Shown here piece by piece: positions 18,845-29,639 of a stretch of DNA of 64,000 nt. The notes under the pieces are model-generated. The model saw only the letters and a list, made by a program, of their open reading frames with translations. It was not told where the DNA came from and ran no database searches. The translations under genes were made by a program, and so were the position numbers. Every line of letters starts with the position of its first letter. Positions within the stretch are counted from its first letter, which is position 1. Source of the DNA: an uncultured Verrucomicrobiae bacterium (GTDB lineage: Bacteria; Verrucomicrobiota; Verrucomicrobiia; Chthoniobacterales; UBA10450); assembly GCA_963815455.1 (NCBI GenBank), contig CAWFGO010000002.1, forward strand, positions 64,001 through 128,000, given 5' to 3'.

Positions 18845-21244
18845 ATGGCGATTGACCCGGAGGCGGATTTTCAGCTCGAGATCGGTCATGTCCTCTTCAT
18901 CGACATCGTCGGTTACTCGAAATTACTGATCGACGAGCAGCGACAACGTCAGAATGCGTTGAACGCGATCGTGCGTGAAACGGAGCAGTTCCGTCTCTCG
19001 GACGCTGGCGGAAGACTTGTGCGCTTGCCTACGGGAGATGGTATGGCCCTGGTGTTTCGCGATAGCATGGAGTCGCCCGTACATTGCGCGGCCCAAATCA
19101 GCAAAGCGCTGCAGACCCATCCGGAGCTCCCGGTGCGCATGGGGATTCATAGCGGACCGGTCAGCGATGTTCGCGACGTGAACGAACGTTCCAATGTGGC
19201 GGGCGATGGAATAAATCTCGCGCAACGGATAATGGATTGCGGCGACGCCGGCCATATTCTTTTGTCAAAACGCATCGCCGATGATCTGGCGCATCACAGC
19301 CGATGGCGTTCACAACTGCACCCGTTAGGCGAGGCCGAAGTGAAACACGGCGCCACGATCGACATTGTCAATTTCTTTGGAGATGGTTTTGGCAACGGGG
19401 CCGTGCCAGAAAAAATCGCGAAAAAGAAACGCGAAATCGACGCCGCAGCACGCAGCGAGCAAAGGCGCTCGCGCAGAAAGATAGCGGTCGTAATCCTTTT
19501 GTTAGCCGCAGTTGCAATTGGATCGTCAATGTTTGCCTATCGGTTTATGCGTCTGCGCAACGCAGCGGATGTGGGCTCGAATAAAAGTGTGGCCGTGCTC
19601 CCGTTCGAAAATCTGAGCGCCGATCCCGACAACGCTTTTTTCGCTGATGGAATTCAGGAGGACGTTCTAACAAGTCTCGCGAAGGTGAGCGATCTTAAGG
19701 TAATCAGTCGCACGTCGGTCATGCAATATCGGGGCGCGAAGGGAAATCGTAACCTTCGCGAGATCGCGCGCGCACTCGGCGTTGAGAATGTTCTGGAAGG
19801 AAGCGTTAGGCGGGTCGGAAACCGTGTCCTCGTGAATGTGCAGCTGATTGACGCGCCCAACGATCGGCATATTTGGGCCGAGCGTTACGACAGGACTATC
19901 GCAGATTCAATTGGCCTGCAAGGTGAACTCGCCGTGGAAATCGCGGCCGCGCTCAAAGCGACGCTCGCACCAATAGAAAAAGCGCGGCTCGCGACAAAGC
20001 CAACCGCAAATCCTGACGCTTACGTTCTCTATCTCCGCGCAATCGATCGTACGCGCACGGCCGCCTCAAAGGAAGATGCATTTGCGGTTGATGCACTCTA
20101 CGCGAAGGCGATTGAACTTGATCCGACATTTGCTTTGGCCATCGCGCGTCGATCGATGTGGAACACCGTAATGTACAGCGTCAGCCGCCTACCAGAGTTC
20201 AAGGCCAGAGCGCCCGCGCTTGCCGCGCAGGCTCTGCAACTCTCGCCCGATTTGCCAGAAGGGCACGTCGCGCTCGGCCTTTGCTTTTTCCGGATCGACC
20301 AGAATTACCCGGCGGCGCTGAAAGAATTTTCCATCGCCGCATCCGCGTCGACATTGGAACCGGATGTACTCGATTACACCGCCTCTATTTACTGCCGGCA
20401 GGGTCGCTGGCGAGAGGGACTTGCCAGCTACGATCGCGCGCAGGCACTGGATCCAAGAAATGCGCACGCCGGCGGTCCACAGACACGTGCGATGTTGCGC
20501 GATTGGTCTGGAGCCGTGGCCGGGTTTGAGCGGCTGCTGGCCATCGAGCCTGACAACATTTACGCAACGTGCGAATTTGCGCTGGTCTTGGTTCAACAAA
20601 GCGGGGACTTCGATCGGGCGAAGCAAATTCTTGCTGCGGTGCCGCCCGGCTTACACGGCGCAGGTGGACAGCCTTCGATGCTCGACGTGGTTCTGGCGGA
20701 GACCCGCTGGGAAATTAATATGCTCGCGCGCGATTACGCGGCGGCCGAAAAAGTCCTGGCCGATTACAAGGGCGACGAGTTCCTCGACATGCGCGCGGGT
20801 GAAAAGGCCTTTGATGCCGCGCGATCGGCGCTGGCTCGCGGTGATGTTAATGCAGCCCAACCGTTGTTTGAAAGGGTAAGATCGATTTACGAGGCAAGGG
20901 CGCGCGACCATCCCGATGACGCCAAATTTCACGGACCACTCGGACCGCTCTACGCGTATCTCGGCCGAAAAGATGATGCGTTTCGGGAAAGCCTTCGGGC
21001 CGTCGAGCTCTCTCCGGAAAGCAAAGACGCAATCGCCGGAGTAGCTTATTCGAACAATCTCGCGCTGGTCTACGCCCGGACGGGCGAGACCGATAAGGCG
21101 ATCACGCTAATTGAGCGTCTGCTTACGACTCCAGGCGGAGTCACGCTAACGGATTTGCGGTTGAATTGGCAGTGGGACCCGCTCCGGACGGATCCGCGCT
21201 TTCAGAAAATCCTCGCCGGATCTGAGCCGAAGACGATCTACTAG
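18845..21244 (+). CDS. Class III adenylate/guanylate cyclase-like domain + transmembrane helix + TolB-N-like + TPR protein
   Basis: VLFIDIVGYS, TGDG, RMGIHSGPV, GINLAQRIM; KSVAVLPFENLS; WDPLRTDPRFQ. Confidence 0.9.
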   Translation: MAIDPEADFQLEIGHVLFIDIVGYSKLLIDEQRQRQNALNAIVRETEQFRLSDAGGRLVRLPTGDGMALVFRDSMESPVHCAAQISKALQTHPELPVRMGIHSGPVSDVRDVNERSNVAGDGINLAQRIMDCGDAGHILLSKRIADDLAHHSRWRSQLHPLGEAEVKHGATIDIVNFFGDGFGNGAVPEKIAKKKREIDAAARSEQRRSRRKIAVVILLLAAVAIGSSMFAYRFMRLRNAADVGSNKSVAVLPFENLSADPDNAFFADGIQEDVLTSLAKVSDLKVISRTSVMQYRGAKGNRNLREIARALGVENVLEGSVRRVGNRVLVNVQLIDAPNDRHIWAERYDRTIADSIGLQGELAVEIAAALKATLAPIEKARLATKPTANPDAYVLYLRAIDRTRTAASKEDAFAVDALYAKAIELDPTFALAIARRSMWNTVMYSVSRLPEFKARAPALAAQALQLSPDLPEGHVALGLCFFRIDQNYPAALKEFSIAASASTLEPDVLDYTASIYCRQGRWREGLASYDRAQALDPRNAHAGGPQTRAMLRDWSGAVAGFERLLAIEPDNIYATCEFALVLVQQSGDFDRAKQILAAVPPGLHGAGGQPSMLDVVLAETRWEINMLARDYAAAEKVLADYKGDEFLDMRAGEKAFDAARSALARGDVNAAQPLFERVRSIYEARARDHPDDAKFHGPLGPLYAYLGRKDDAFRESLRAVELSPESKDAIAGVAYSNNLALVYARTGETDKAITLIERLLTTPGGVTLTDLRLNWQWDPLRTDPRFQKILAGSEPKTIY

Positions 21245-21248
21245 ATAC

Positions 21249-22907
21249 ATGAACAACTTTCGAGCTTCCCTGTTTGTCTTCCTTCTGTTCGCCTCAGGCG
21301 CATACGCAGATTCGCTTGACAAACTGGCTGACGATTTCTGGACCTGGCGCGCGAAGAACGCTCCGTTCACCGGCGACGATGTAAACCGGCTGGAGCGGCC
21401 CGGCGGGATGCGCGACTGGTCGCGGACTAGCATCGACAAGCGACGCAAAGACCTCGCTGATTTCCAAACACGCTGGAAGAAGATCGACATCAGCGGTTGG
21501 CCGATTCCGAAACAAGTCGATTACAAATTGATCGGCTCGGCCCTGGCGCGCGGGCATTGGGAACTCGACATTAATCCTCGCTGGAAACGCGATCCCAATT
21601 TCTATCTCGAACAAACGCTCACCGCGCTCACCGAGTCTTTAACAGTCCCCGCGCCGTACGACGAAGCGCACAGCAAAGAGATCCTCACGCGCATTGAAAA
21701 TATTCCATCGATTCTCAAGCAAGCGGAAAAAAATCTGGATGAGCCGCCGGCGCCATTCGCTTCCGTTGCCATTCAAGCGCTGGACGGAATCCGCGATCGC
21801 CTCCAAAAAATGGCGAGTGCCCTGCGACCATCGACAACGCTTAAAGGCGAACAACTGAATGACGCGACAAATCGCGCCGCCGATGCCCTGGAACATTTGC
21901 AAGGACATTTGAAGCAGTTATTGCCGTCGCTTCCGCAACAAACCGCGCTCGGTCGCGACGCTTACGTCTTCTTTCTCAAGCACGTCGCTCTCTATCCTTT
22001 TTCACCCGAGGAAATCCTGGCTATGGGGCAGCAGGAATGGAATCGGGCAGTTGCCTTCGAAGCGTTCGAGAAGAATCGGAACAAAGATGTACCGCCGCTC
22101 AAGATCGCCGATAACATCGACAATTGGATCAAGAAAGCCGCAGCCGACGAACTCCAGGTCCGCAAATTTCTGGAGGAACACAATATTCTCACTGTGCCCG
22201 ATTGGGTGCAGCATTACACGTTGCGGCCAACGCCGGAATATTTGCGCGCGTTGGGATTTACCGAGACCGACGATTTCACCGGACCGTCGCGATTGAAGGA
22301 AAATTGTATCCGCTACATCGCCGAGCCTTCTGAAAATCTCGGTTACTTCTGGCGCGCAACGGCGATGGACTCGCGTCCGATCTGCGTCCACGAAGGAATT
22401 CCGGGCCATTATTTTCAGCTTTGTCTTTCCTGGAAACACGAGGATCCAATCCGCCGGCATTATTACGACTCCGGCGCCAACGAAGGGATCGGTTTTTATG
22501 CCGAAGAGATGACGTTGCAAGCGGGCTTGTTCGACGACAGCCCGCACACCCGCGAGATCATTTACAATTTCATGCGTCTGCGCGCGCTGCGCGTGGAAGT
22601 GGATGTGAAACTCGCGCTCGGACAATTCACCCTCGAACAAGCCGCGAAATATTTACAGGAGAAAGTCCCGATGGACGAAGGCACCGCGCGCCAGGAAGCG
22701 ATCGCTTTCTCCACCGGCCCGGGCCAGGCGTTAACCTATCAGATCGGGAAACTCCAGATTTTGAAATTTCTGGCCGACGCGCGCATGCAGCAGGGCGACA
22801 AATTCAATCTCCGCGCCTTCCACGATTTCGTCTGGAAGAACGGCAACGTCCCGATTGCGTTGCAAGAGTGGGAATATTTAGGTGTTGGCCGCGAAGTTCC
22901 TAAATAA
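21249..22907 (+). CDS. DUF885 family secreted protein (metallopeptidase-like)
   Basis: HEGIPGHYFQ, NEGIGFYAE, PGQALTYQIG, FNLRAFHD. Confidence 0.88.
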   Translation: MNNFRASLFVFLLFASGAYADSLDKLADDFWTWRAKNAPFTGDDVNRLERPGGMRDWSRTSIDKRRKDLADFQTRWKKIDISGWPIPKQVDYKLIGSALARGHWELDINPRWKRDPNFYLEQTLTALTESLTVPAPYDEAHSKEILTRIENIPSILKQAEKNLDEPPAPFASVAIQALDGIRDRLQKMASALRPSTTLKGEQLNDATNRAADALEHLQGHLKQLLPSLPQQTALGRDAYVFFLKHVALYPFSPEEILAMGQQEWNRAVAFEAFEKNRNKDVPPLKIADNIDNWIKKAAADELQVRKFLEEHNILTVPDWVQHYTLRPTPEYLRALGFTETDDFTGPSRLKENCIRYIAEPSENLGYFWRATAMDSRPICVHEGIPGHYFQLCLSWKHEDPIRRHYYDSGANEGIGFYAEEMTLQAGLFDDSPHTREIIYNFMRLRALRVEVDVKLALGQFTLEQAAKYLQEKVPMDEGTARQEAIAFSTGPGQALTYQIGKLQILKFLADARMQQGDKFNLRAFHDFVWKNGNVPIALQEWEYLGVGREVPK

Positions 22908-23076
22908 AGCCAATTCTGTCATTCCGAGCGAAGTCGCCTGCCTTGCCGAAGCCTTGTGCGAAGGCTGGGAGGAATCTCTCGCTTTCCACAAGCCGGGGAG
23001 CTACATCGACGGGACACGTTCCATTGCAACAACGCGGCATTCATTCAACCAACCTCGTGAAAAGGATCGAAGCTCG

Positions 23077-23121
23077 TTTCGGCTAGCAGCCGAAACCAAC
23101 AGGCTGGCAGCCTGTGCTCCC
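23077..23121 (-). repeat. GGGAGC-family REP (two hairpins), same architecture as the RAYT flanks in alaS
   Basis: Reverse complement gggagcacaggctgccagcctgttggtttcggctgctagccgaaa. Confidence 0.7.
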
Positions 23122-23161
23122 CAATCCGTGAAATCCGCGTCATCCGCGGTTTGCTTCGCCT

Positions 23162-25201
23162 TCAGTGCCGGGTTCCAAATTGACGCGCTTGCTCGAACGC
23201 CTCGGCCGCGCGTTCCTGCTGATTGAAATGGGCCAGATATCGGCCGCGGTTCTCCAGCATCGCTCTGTAAGCCGGAATCACCTTCACATTCACGACGTCA
23301 TCTGGCTCGAACCTGTTGGTCCCGTCGGTTAGGCCGCGCATTTGCAGGTGCAATTCTCCGGGGTCGTGAAAGTCATGGTCGCGGACCAACTGAAACACGA
23401 GCCCTCTGGGGACTACTTGAAAATTTTGATCGAGCCATCGATTCAGATCGATTTCACGCGATTCCCTCATCACGAAAACTTCATTGGTGACGTAAACCGG
23501 CGCGACTTGGATTTCTTTGGTGACAAAGGATTGAATCATCCGCTGAAAAGCGCTGCTTATTTGCTGGGTCAGGGCGGTGCTTTTCCGATACACCTCGGGA
23601 TCGTGTTCCCAATTCTTCAGGTACGCTAAATACGGATTGACCGTATCGCGCGATCTTTCGATGAAATCCGGGTAAGCCCGCTGCAAGTAATCGAAATACC
23701 AGGAGCGGCGCAGCAGTAGCATATCCACCGCTTTGATGTCCCGGCGACGCTGCTCTATTTCGCGGGTGTAAAGCATGGGCGAGGCAACCTGCCAGTCGAA
23801 CGTAAGCAGAAGGCCATTCGGTTCGATCGTGTTCTGAATGTTCTCCACGTAATCGTGCGCAATGAAATAATGGCTCCGATTATTGAAGGGCCAGTTGCTG
23901 GCCAGAGCCAATACCGGAACCAGCGCGACGGTCGAGGAAATCAACACCCTGCCCGTAGTCGTTGCGCGTTTTGCCGATGCAAATTGCAGGAATGAATGAA
24001 AACCGATTCCGGCAGCGATGCTTATCGCGATAAAAACCGGCAAGTAATACGCGTCCTTATCTTCGGCGATCTCGTAGTTGAGGTTGTAGGCGAGATTCGC
24101 CAGAGCAATAACGAGCAACCATAGAAAGATGGCGCGATCTCGTTTCCATGCGGCGATGAAACCTGCGATCGCGACAACAATGGCAATTGGAAGCCACGGC
24201 GGGCCGAATTCGCGAAGCAGGAACCGCCCGAACTGCAGAAACTGCTTGCCGATAATCGTCGGCGAAAATGAGAGGAAGAGTTGATACTGCTTGCCGGTGA
24301 TGTGCGCCCAGATCTTATCGAGCGAGTGCGGGTCTCCCCAGTTCAAGATCGGTTTGTGCGCAGCGGCCAGCGGCAGGTAGGTGTAAACAACGAGCAGGGC
24401 GGCAAAGGAAATGAGTGCCGCGTACAATAATCTCTTGCTCGCAAAAAATCTGAGGCCCTGAGTCTTGTAGACCAGAACCGCCAACGCTGGCAGTACCAAC
24501 GCGACGGTCACGTGGTGAACGCCCAGCGCGAGTCCGAAGACGACCGCCGCCGCGTACAGAAAACAATCATGATCGACGATGCCAGCCCTGAAGCCGCGAG
24601 CGGTTGTCGATCTTTCATCTTCGACGATCCGACGCCGCCAGTGAGCCATCAAGAACAGGATCGTCAGAATAAGAAATGTGTTGAGTGCATAGACCTCGGT
24701 GATGGTCGCGTACGACCAAAGCGTGCGTGAAAATGCCAGGACCAACCCCGCGCCAATGGCGGGAATAATTGTTACCAGCCAACTGCTTGTCGAATTGCCA
24801 TCGGCAGCGGTGGCAATCGAATGAGGAGATGGCTTCCTGCCTTTTCGTGCCGCCTTTTTGGATCTGCGTTGCAATTCCACGATATATGAAGCCGTAAAAA
24901 TAATCTCAGCCACGAGGAGCGTGAGCATCGCGCAAGCAAGCGCCGCAAAAAACGCCGAAGCAAAATTGATCCGCACCGCGACGTTACCGATCGGAACCAG
25001 CGAAGCGAGATGAGCCAGCAGCAGATACAACGGAAAACCCGGCGGGTGAGCGACGCCGAGGAAGCGAGCGGCAACAATCAATTCGCCGCTGTCCACCAGA
25101 GTGACCGTCGGCGCCAGCGTCCGGATGTAAACAACGAGCGCGACGAGAAAGACCAGCGCAGCAGAAACGAAGGTTGAGGTGCGAAAAGTGAACTTCGTCA
25201 C
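23162..25201 (-). CDS. DUF2723/TMEM260-like membrane glycosyltransferase
   Basis: TLAPTVTLVDSGEL, GVAHPPGFPLY, TITEVYALN; many transmembrane segments. Confidence 0.85.
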   Translation of the reverse strand: MTKFTFRTSTFVSAALVFLVALVVYIRTLAPTVTLVDSGELIVAARFLGVAHPPGFPLYLLLAHLASLVPIGNVAVRINFASAFFAALACAMLTLLVAEIIFTASYIVELQRRSKKAARKGRKPSPHSIATAADGNSTSSWLVTIIPAIGAGLVLAFSRTLWSYATITEVYALNTFLILTILFLMAHWRRRIVEDERSTTARGFRAGIVDHDCFLYAAAVVFGLALGVHHVTVALVLPALAVLVYKTQGLRFFASKRLLYAALISFAALLVVYTYLPLAAAHKPILNWGDPHSLDKIWAHITGKQYQLFLSFSPTIIGKQFLQFGRFLLREFGPPWLPIAIVVAIAGFIAAWKRDRAIFLWLLVIALANLAYNLNYEIAEDKDAYYLPVFIAISIAAGIGFHSFLQFASAKRATTTGRVLISSTVALVPVLALASNWPFNNRSHYFIAHDYVENIQNTIEPNGLLLTFDWQVASPMLYTREIEQRRRDIKAVDMLLLRRSWYFDYLQRAYPDFIERSRDTVNPYLAYLKNWEHDPEVYRKSTALTQQISSAFQRMIQSFVTKEIQVAPVYVTNEVFVMRESREIDLNRWLDQNFQVVPRGLVFQLVRDHDFHDPGELHLQMRGLTDGTNRFEPDDVVNVKVIPAYRAMLENRGRYLAHFNQQERAAEAFEQARQFGTRH

Positions 25202-25356
25202 GGAACTGCTTCTACCATACTGATAGACACCAGATCATGAGATTTTCACCAAAGTTCGTTTCGGCGAGATGCCGAAACCAGGTTCGCCGCGGCGACCGCC
25301 AGCCAGTCTGTGAAACCCGCATCATTCGCGATTGGATCGGTGTCCTCGTGGTCGTG

Positions 25357-25812
25357 TCAGCGCAGTTTAAGAAGCACATCGTTGATCGCCGAGTCGAGGG
25401 CCTTCAGTTTGAAGGGCTTGATGAGCACCGTCGCGTTCACTCGCCGGAAGAAAAACTCGATTGCCGGATTGTTCTGGTGGCCGGTAAAAAAGATGAACCG
25501 CCGAGCAGCAGCCGGCCGGGCCCGGGTCACCGCCCAGTAGAACATTTCGCCCCCGACTTTCGGCATCATCATGTCGCAAATGATGAGATCAAAGGCGCCT
25601 TTCATGATCGCGCGCAGGCCCTCGACGCCGCTTCGGACAGAGGTCACCTCACAAGAGCGGAGGACCAGGTGTTCGTGGAGAACCTCCCGGAAATCATCGC
25701 GATCTTCCAGGAGCAACACTCGCCGGGCCGGCCCCTTTGGTGTAGCCACTTGCTCGTTAATGTCGAGAGCGATCGACTTCGCGGGAACGTAAGTTATCGG
25801 TGGCCGGCGCAT
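25357..25812 (-). CDS. Single-domain response regulator receiver
   Basis: VLLLEDRDD, FDLIICDMMMP, FFTG, LIKPF. Confidence 0.85.
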   Translation of the reverse strand: MRRPPITYVPAKSIALDINEQVATPKGPARRVLLLEDRDDFREVLHEHLVLRSCEVTSVRSGVEGLRAIMKGAFDLIICDMMMPKVGGEMFYWAVTRARPAAARRFIFFTGHQNNPAIEFFFRRVNATVLIKPFKLKALDSAINDVLLKLR

Positions 25813-25911
25813 CGCCCCAAGCTAATTAGCAAGACGGGTGCCCTCGGCACAGTTCGGGATGCCTCTTTGCCCTGGCCTTGAAACCCGCGGCACTACTACT
25901 GATTGTCGATC

Positions 25912-25981
25912 CTAATCGACGATTTCGAGGCCCATTTGGCGGGCGGTACCGGCGATGATGCGATAGGTGCCTTTCGCTGCT
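25912..25981 (-). pseudogene. Displaced duplicate of the rplK 3' end
   Basis: 25912-25962 matches 26612-26662 with three synonymous differences ([20 protein letters not shown]). Confidence 0.9.
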
Positions 25982-26033
25982 GCGCCCGACAAAAATGAAT
26001 TGCGGGATACAGCGTGTGATCGGAGAATTAACC

Positions 26034-26252
26034 GTGGATACAGCGTTACCTCTGGACAAGATGACTGTCGAAGAAAAACTCAGGGCGATGGAATCTATTT
26101 GGCAGTCGCTCTCGAAGCAGGAGGAAAATGTGCCCGTTCCTGACTGGCACAAACGCGTCCTGGATGCGCGTCAGCGGCAGATCGATGCCGGGGAAGCTAC
26201 CTTCATTTCTTTGGAAGACATGAAGGAACGTGTCCGGAAGCGAACTGAATGA
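26034..26252 (+). CDS. Addiction-module antitoxin (TIGR02574-like)
   Basis: LPLDKMTVEEKLRAMESIWQSL...VPDWHKRVLDAR; stop overlaps toxin start. Confidence 0.85.
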   Translation: MDTALPLDKMTVEEKLRAMESIWQSLSKQEENVPVPDWHKRVLDARQRQIDAGEATFISLEDMKERVRKRTE

Positions 26253-26541
26253 GAGTCCAGATCCTGGACATGGCCGAAGAGGACCTTGTCGAGGGATACT
26301 GGTTTTACGAAGCTCAAGAACCGGGTTTGGGAGCGTATTTTCGCGATAGCATCTATGCCGACCTTTATGCGCTAGAAAAACGGCAGGCGTTCATCGCATC
26401 GTTTACAAAAACTATAACCGGGCGCTCGCCGCCCTGTTTCCATTCGCGTTGTACTACTCGGTTTCGGGGCAGACAGCGTTTGCCCGAGCGATCGTCGATT
26501 GCCGGCGAGACCCTACATGGATCAGGGAGCATCTGGAATAA
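26249..26541 (+). CDS. RelE/ParE family toxin; frameshift in an A-run near 26376-26380
   Basis: AEEDLVEGYWFYEAQEPGLGAYF, then in shifted frame AGVHR...FPFALYY...IVDCRRDPTWIREHLE-stop. Confidence 0.8.
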
Positions 26542-26611
26542 GTTCGCTTCGACGAGGGCGCCGAAAACCAGGTCTGCGACCGCTCTCCAATCCGCGTAGT
26601 ACGCGGTTCAA

Positions 26612-27037
26612 CTAATCGACGATCTCGAGGCCCATCTGGCGGGCGGTACCAGCGATGATGCGGAAGGCGGCTTCGCTGCTTCGGGCGTTCAAGTCTTTCC
26701 CTTTCGTTTTCACGATGTCCATGACTTGTTTGCGCGTGACGGTGCCGACTTTGACTTTGTTCGGCTCTTTGGAGCCGGCGGCGATGTTGGCCGCTTTTTT
26801 CAACAAGATCGCGGCCGGCGGGCTCTTGGTAATGAAGGTGAACGATTTGTCTTTGAAAACGGTGATCACGACCGGAAGAATATCGCCGGATTGTTTTTGG
26901 GTGGCGGCGTTAAATTCCTTGCAGAACGCCATGATGTTGACGCCGCGCGGTCCGAGCGCGGTGCCAACGGGCGGCGCCGGGTTCGCCTGACCTGCGGGGA
27001 TCTGCAATTTGATGTGTGCTACAATTTCTTTAGCCAT
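26612..27037 (-). CDS. rplK: 50S ribosomal protein L11
   Basis: [39 protein letters not shown]. Confidence 0.98.
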   Translation of the reverse strand: MAKEIVAHIKLQIPAGQANPAPPVGTALGPRGVNIMAFCKEFNAATQKQSGDILPVVITVFKDKSFTFITKSPPAAILLKKAANIAAGSKEPNKVKVGTVTRKQVMDIVKTKGKDLNARSSEAAFRIIAGTARQMGLEIVD

Positions 27038-27083
27038 CTGGAAAAGTTAGAGTTGTTAGTTGAGAGTTGAGTAATTGTCGATC

Positions 27084-27653
27084 TTAGCCGCGCTCGACCT
27101 GCCAGTATTCCAGTTCCACCGGGGTGGCGCGGCCGAAAATGGTGACCGAGACGCGCAGCTTGCCGCGCTCCGGGTCTATTTCTTCGACAATGCCGTTCTG
27201 GTTTTGGAACGGACCGTCGGCGACCTTCACGGTTTCGCCCACTTCGAAGCTGACTTTCGGCTTCACCTTTTCTTCACGCTCTTTCATTTGCGCCAGCATG
27301 CTGTCCACTTCGGATTGGCGCATCGGAATCGGTTTGTCCTTCGTGCCGGCAAAACCGATCACGCCCGGTGTGTCGCGAATAAAATACCAGGTGCGTCCGA
27401 TCAGCTGGTTGTTTTCGTCGAGCAAATGCATGTTCACGATCAGATAGCCCGGGAAAAACTTGCGGGTCGTCTCGCTCTTCTTGCCCTTCTTGATTTCCGA
27501 GACCCGCTCCGTCGGAACCATTACCTCGTAAACAAGGTCGCCCATTTCCTCGGTCTTGACGCGCTTCTCGATGTTCTCCCGGACCTTGTTTTCCTGGCCG
27601 GAGAGCACGTGCACGACGAACCATTGGTCTTTGCCTGCAAGTGTTTGCGACAT
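27084..27653 (-). CDS. nusG: Transcription termination/antitermination factor NusG
   Basis: WFVVHVLSGQENKV, KFFPGY, GPFQNQNG, IFGRATPVEL. Confidence 0.98.
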   Translation of the reverse strand: MSQTLAGKDQWFVVHVLSGQENKVRENIEKRVKTEEMGDLVYEVMVPTERVSEIKKGKKSETTRKFFPGYLIVNMHLLDENNQLIGRTWYFIRDTPGVIGFAGTKDKPIPMRQSEVDSMLAQMKEREEKVKPKVSFEVGETVKVADGPFQNQNGIVEEIDPERGKLRVSVTIFGRATPVELEYWQVERG

Positions 27654-27655
27654 AA

Positions 27656-27874
27656 TCAGTGGAGCCGGGTAAAGAAGTGCACAACGTTCACCAGGACGAA
27701 ATCGAACAACGCGACGTAACCGCCAAGCAACAACATGGCGATGATGACCACGAGGGTCGAATCAGTGAGTTCCTTGTAGCGGCGGAATCCTTTTTCCTGC
27801 GGGTCCCACGGCCAGGAAGCTTTCTGAAGCTCGACCTTCACTTCATTGAAGAAGGTTTTGGTTTTTGTGATCAT
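27656..27874 (-). CDS. secE: Preprotein translocase subunit SecE
   Basis: FFNEVKVELQKASWP plus one transmembrane helix; between tRNA-Trp and nusG. Confidence 0.92.
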   Translation of the reverse strand: MITKTKTFFNEVKVELQKASWPWDPQEKGFRRYKELTDSTLVVIIAMLLLGGYVALFDFVLVNVVHFFTRLH

Positions 27875-27896
27875 GAACTAATCAAACACTCATCAA

Positions 27897-27969
27897 CACG
27901 CCAGGAGGGACTCGAACCCCCAACAGGCGGTTTTGGAGACCGCTACTCTACCAATTGAGTTACTGGCGT
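27897..27969 (-). tRNA. tRNA-Trp (CCA); 3' CCA not encoded
   Basis: ACGCCAGTAACTCAATTGGTAGAGTAGCGGTCTCCAAAACCGCCTGTTGGGGGTTCGAGTCCCTCCTGGCGTG. Confidence 0.95.
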
Positions 27970-28040
27970 AAAACTCTTCCTCTTCCTCTTAATCTTCCTC
28001 CACTCAGAGAGGAGAAAAGAGGAAGCGGTAGAGGAAGATT

Positions 28041-29225
<1,185 letters not shown>

Positions 29226-29294
29226 GTCGATCTTTCTTTTTAATTAATACTGCGTCTTTTTTTCTAATCATCTGCCCCGGTCCCGAGCTCACTC

Positions 29295-29370
<76 letters not shown>

Positions 29371-29528
29371 GGCTCTTCGTCATGTCGATGCTCGCCGCGT
29401 TCTCCGTGGCGGAGCCGAGCGACGAACCGGTTTGCTCCTTGCCAGAGAGTCAAAAGTCCCAGAGCCGCGTCAAATTTGCATAATTTGAACGACTTTGGGA
29501 CCGCCTCGTTCCAGCAAAAAGCGTCCGC

Positions 29529-29556
29529 AAGCTAACAGCACGCCCCCCACTGTCAA
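29529..29556 (-). promoter_or_regulatory. Putative sigma70 promoter of the tRNA-Thr-tuf operon
   Basis: TTGACA-N16-TAGCTT with TG extension. Confidence 0.55.
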
Positions 29557-29639
29557 AGAAATTTTGGAGCGCAAACGGACCGAAATCCGTGGCCTAATGG
29601 AGCCTCCTCTGCCTTTTCCTTTCGATGGAAGATTATGAC

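Noticed and set aside
4500..26600. The rplK-rplA insert as a prophage or ICE
   Set aside because: No integrase, phage or conjugation genes; it looks like accumulated independent insertions
27975..28040. CTCTTC/GAAGAG inverted low-complexity stretch as an ncRNA
   Set aside because: Imperfect simple-repeat hairpin between tuf and tRNA-Trp; no family evidence
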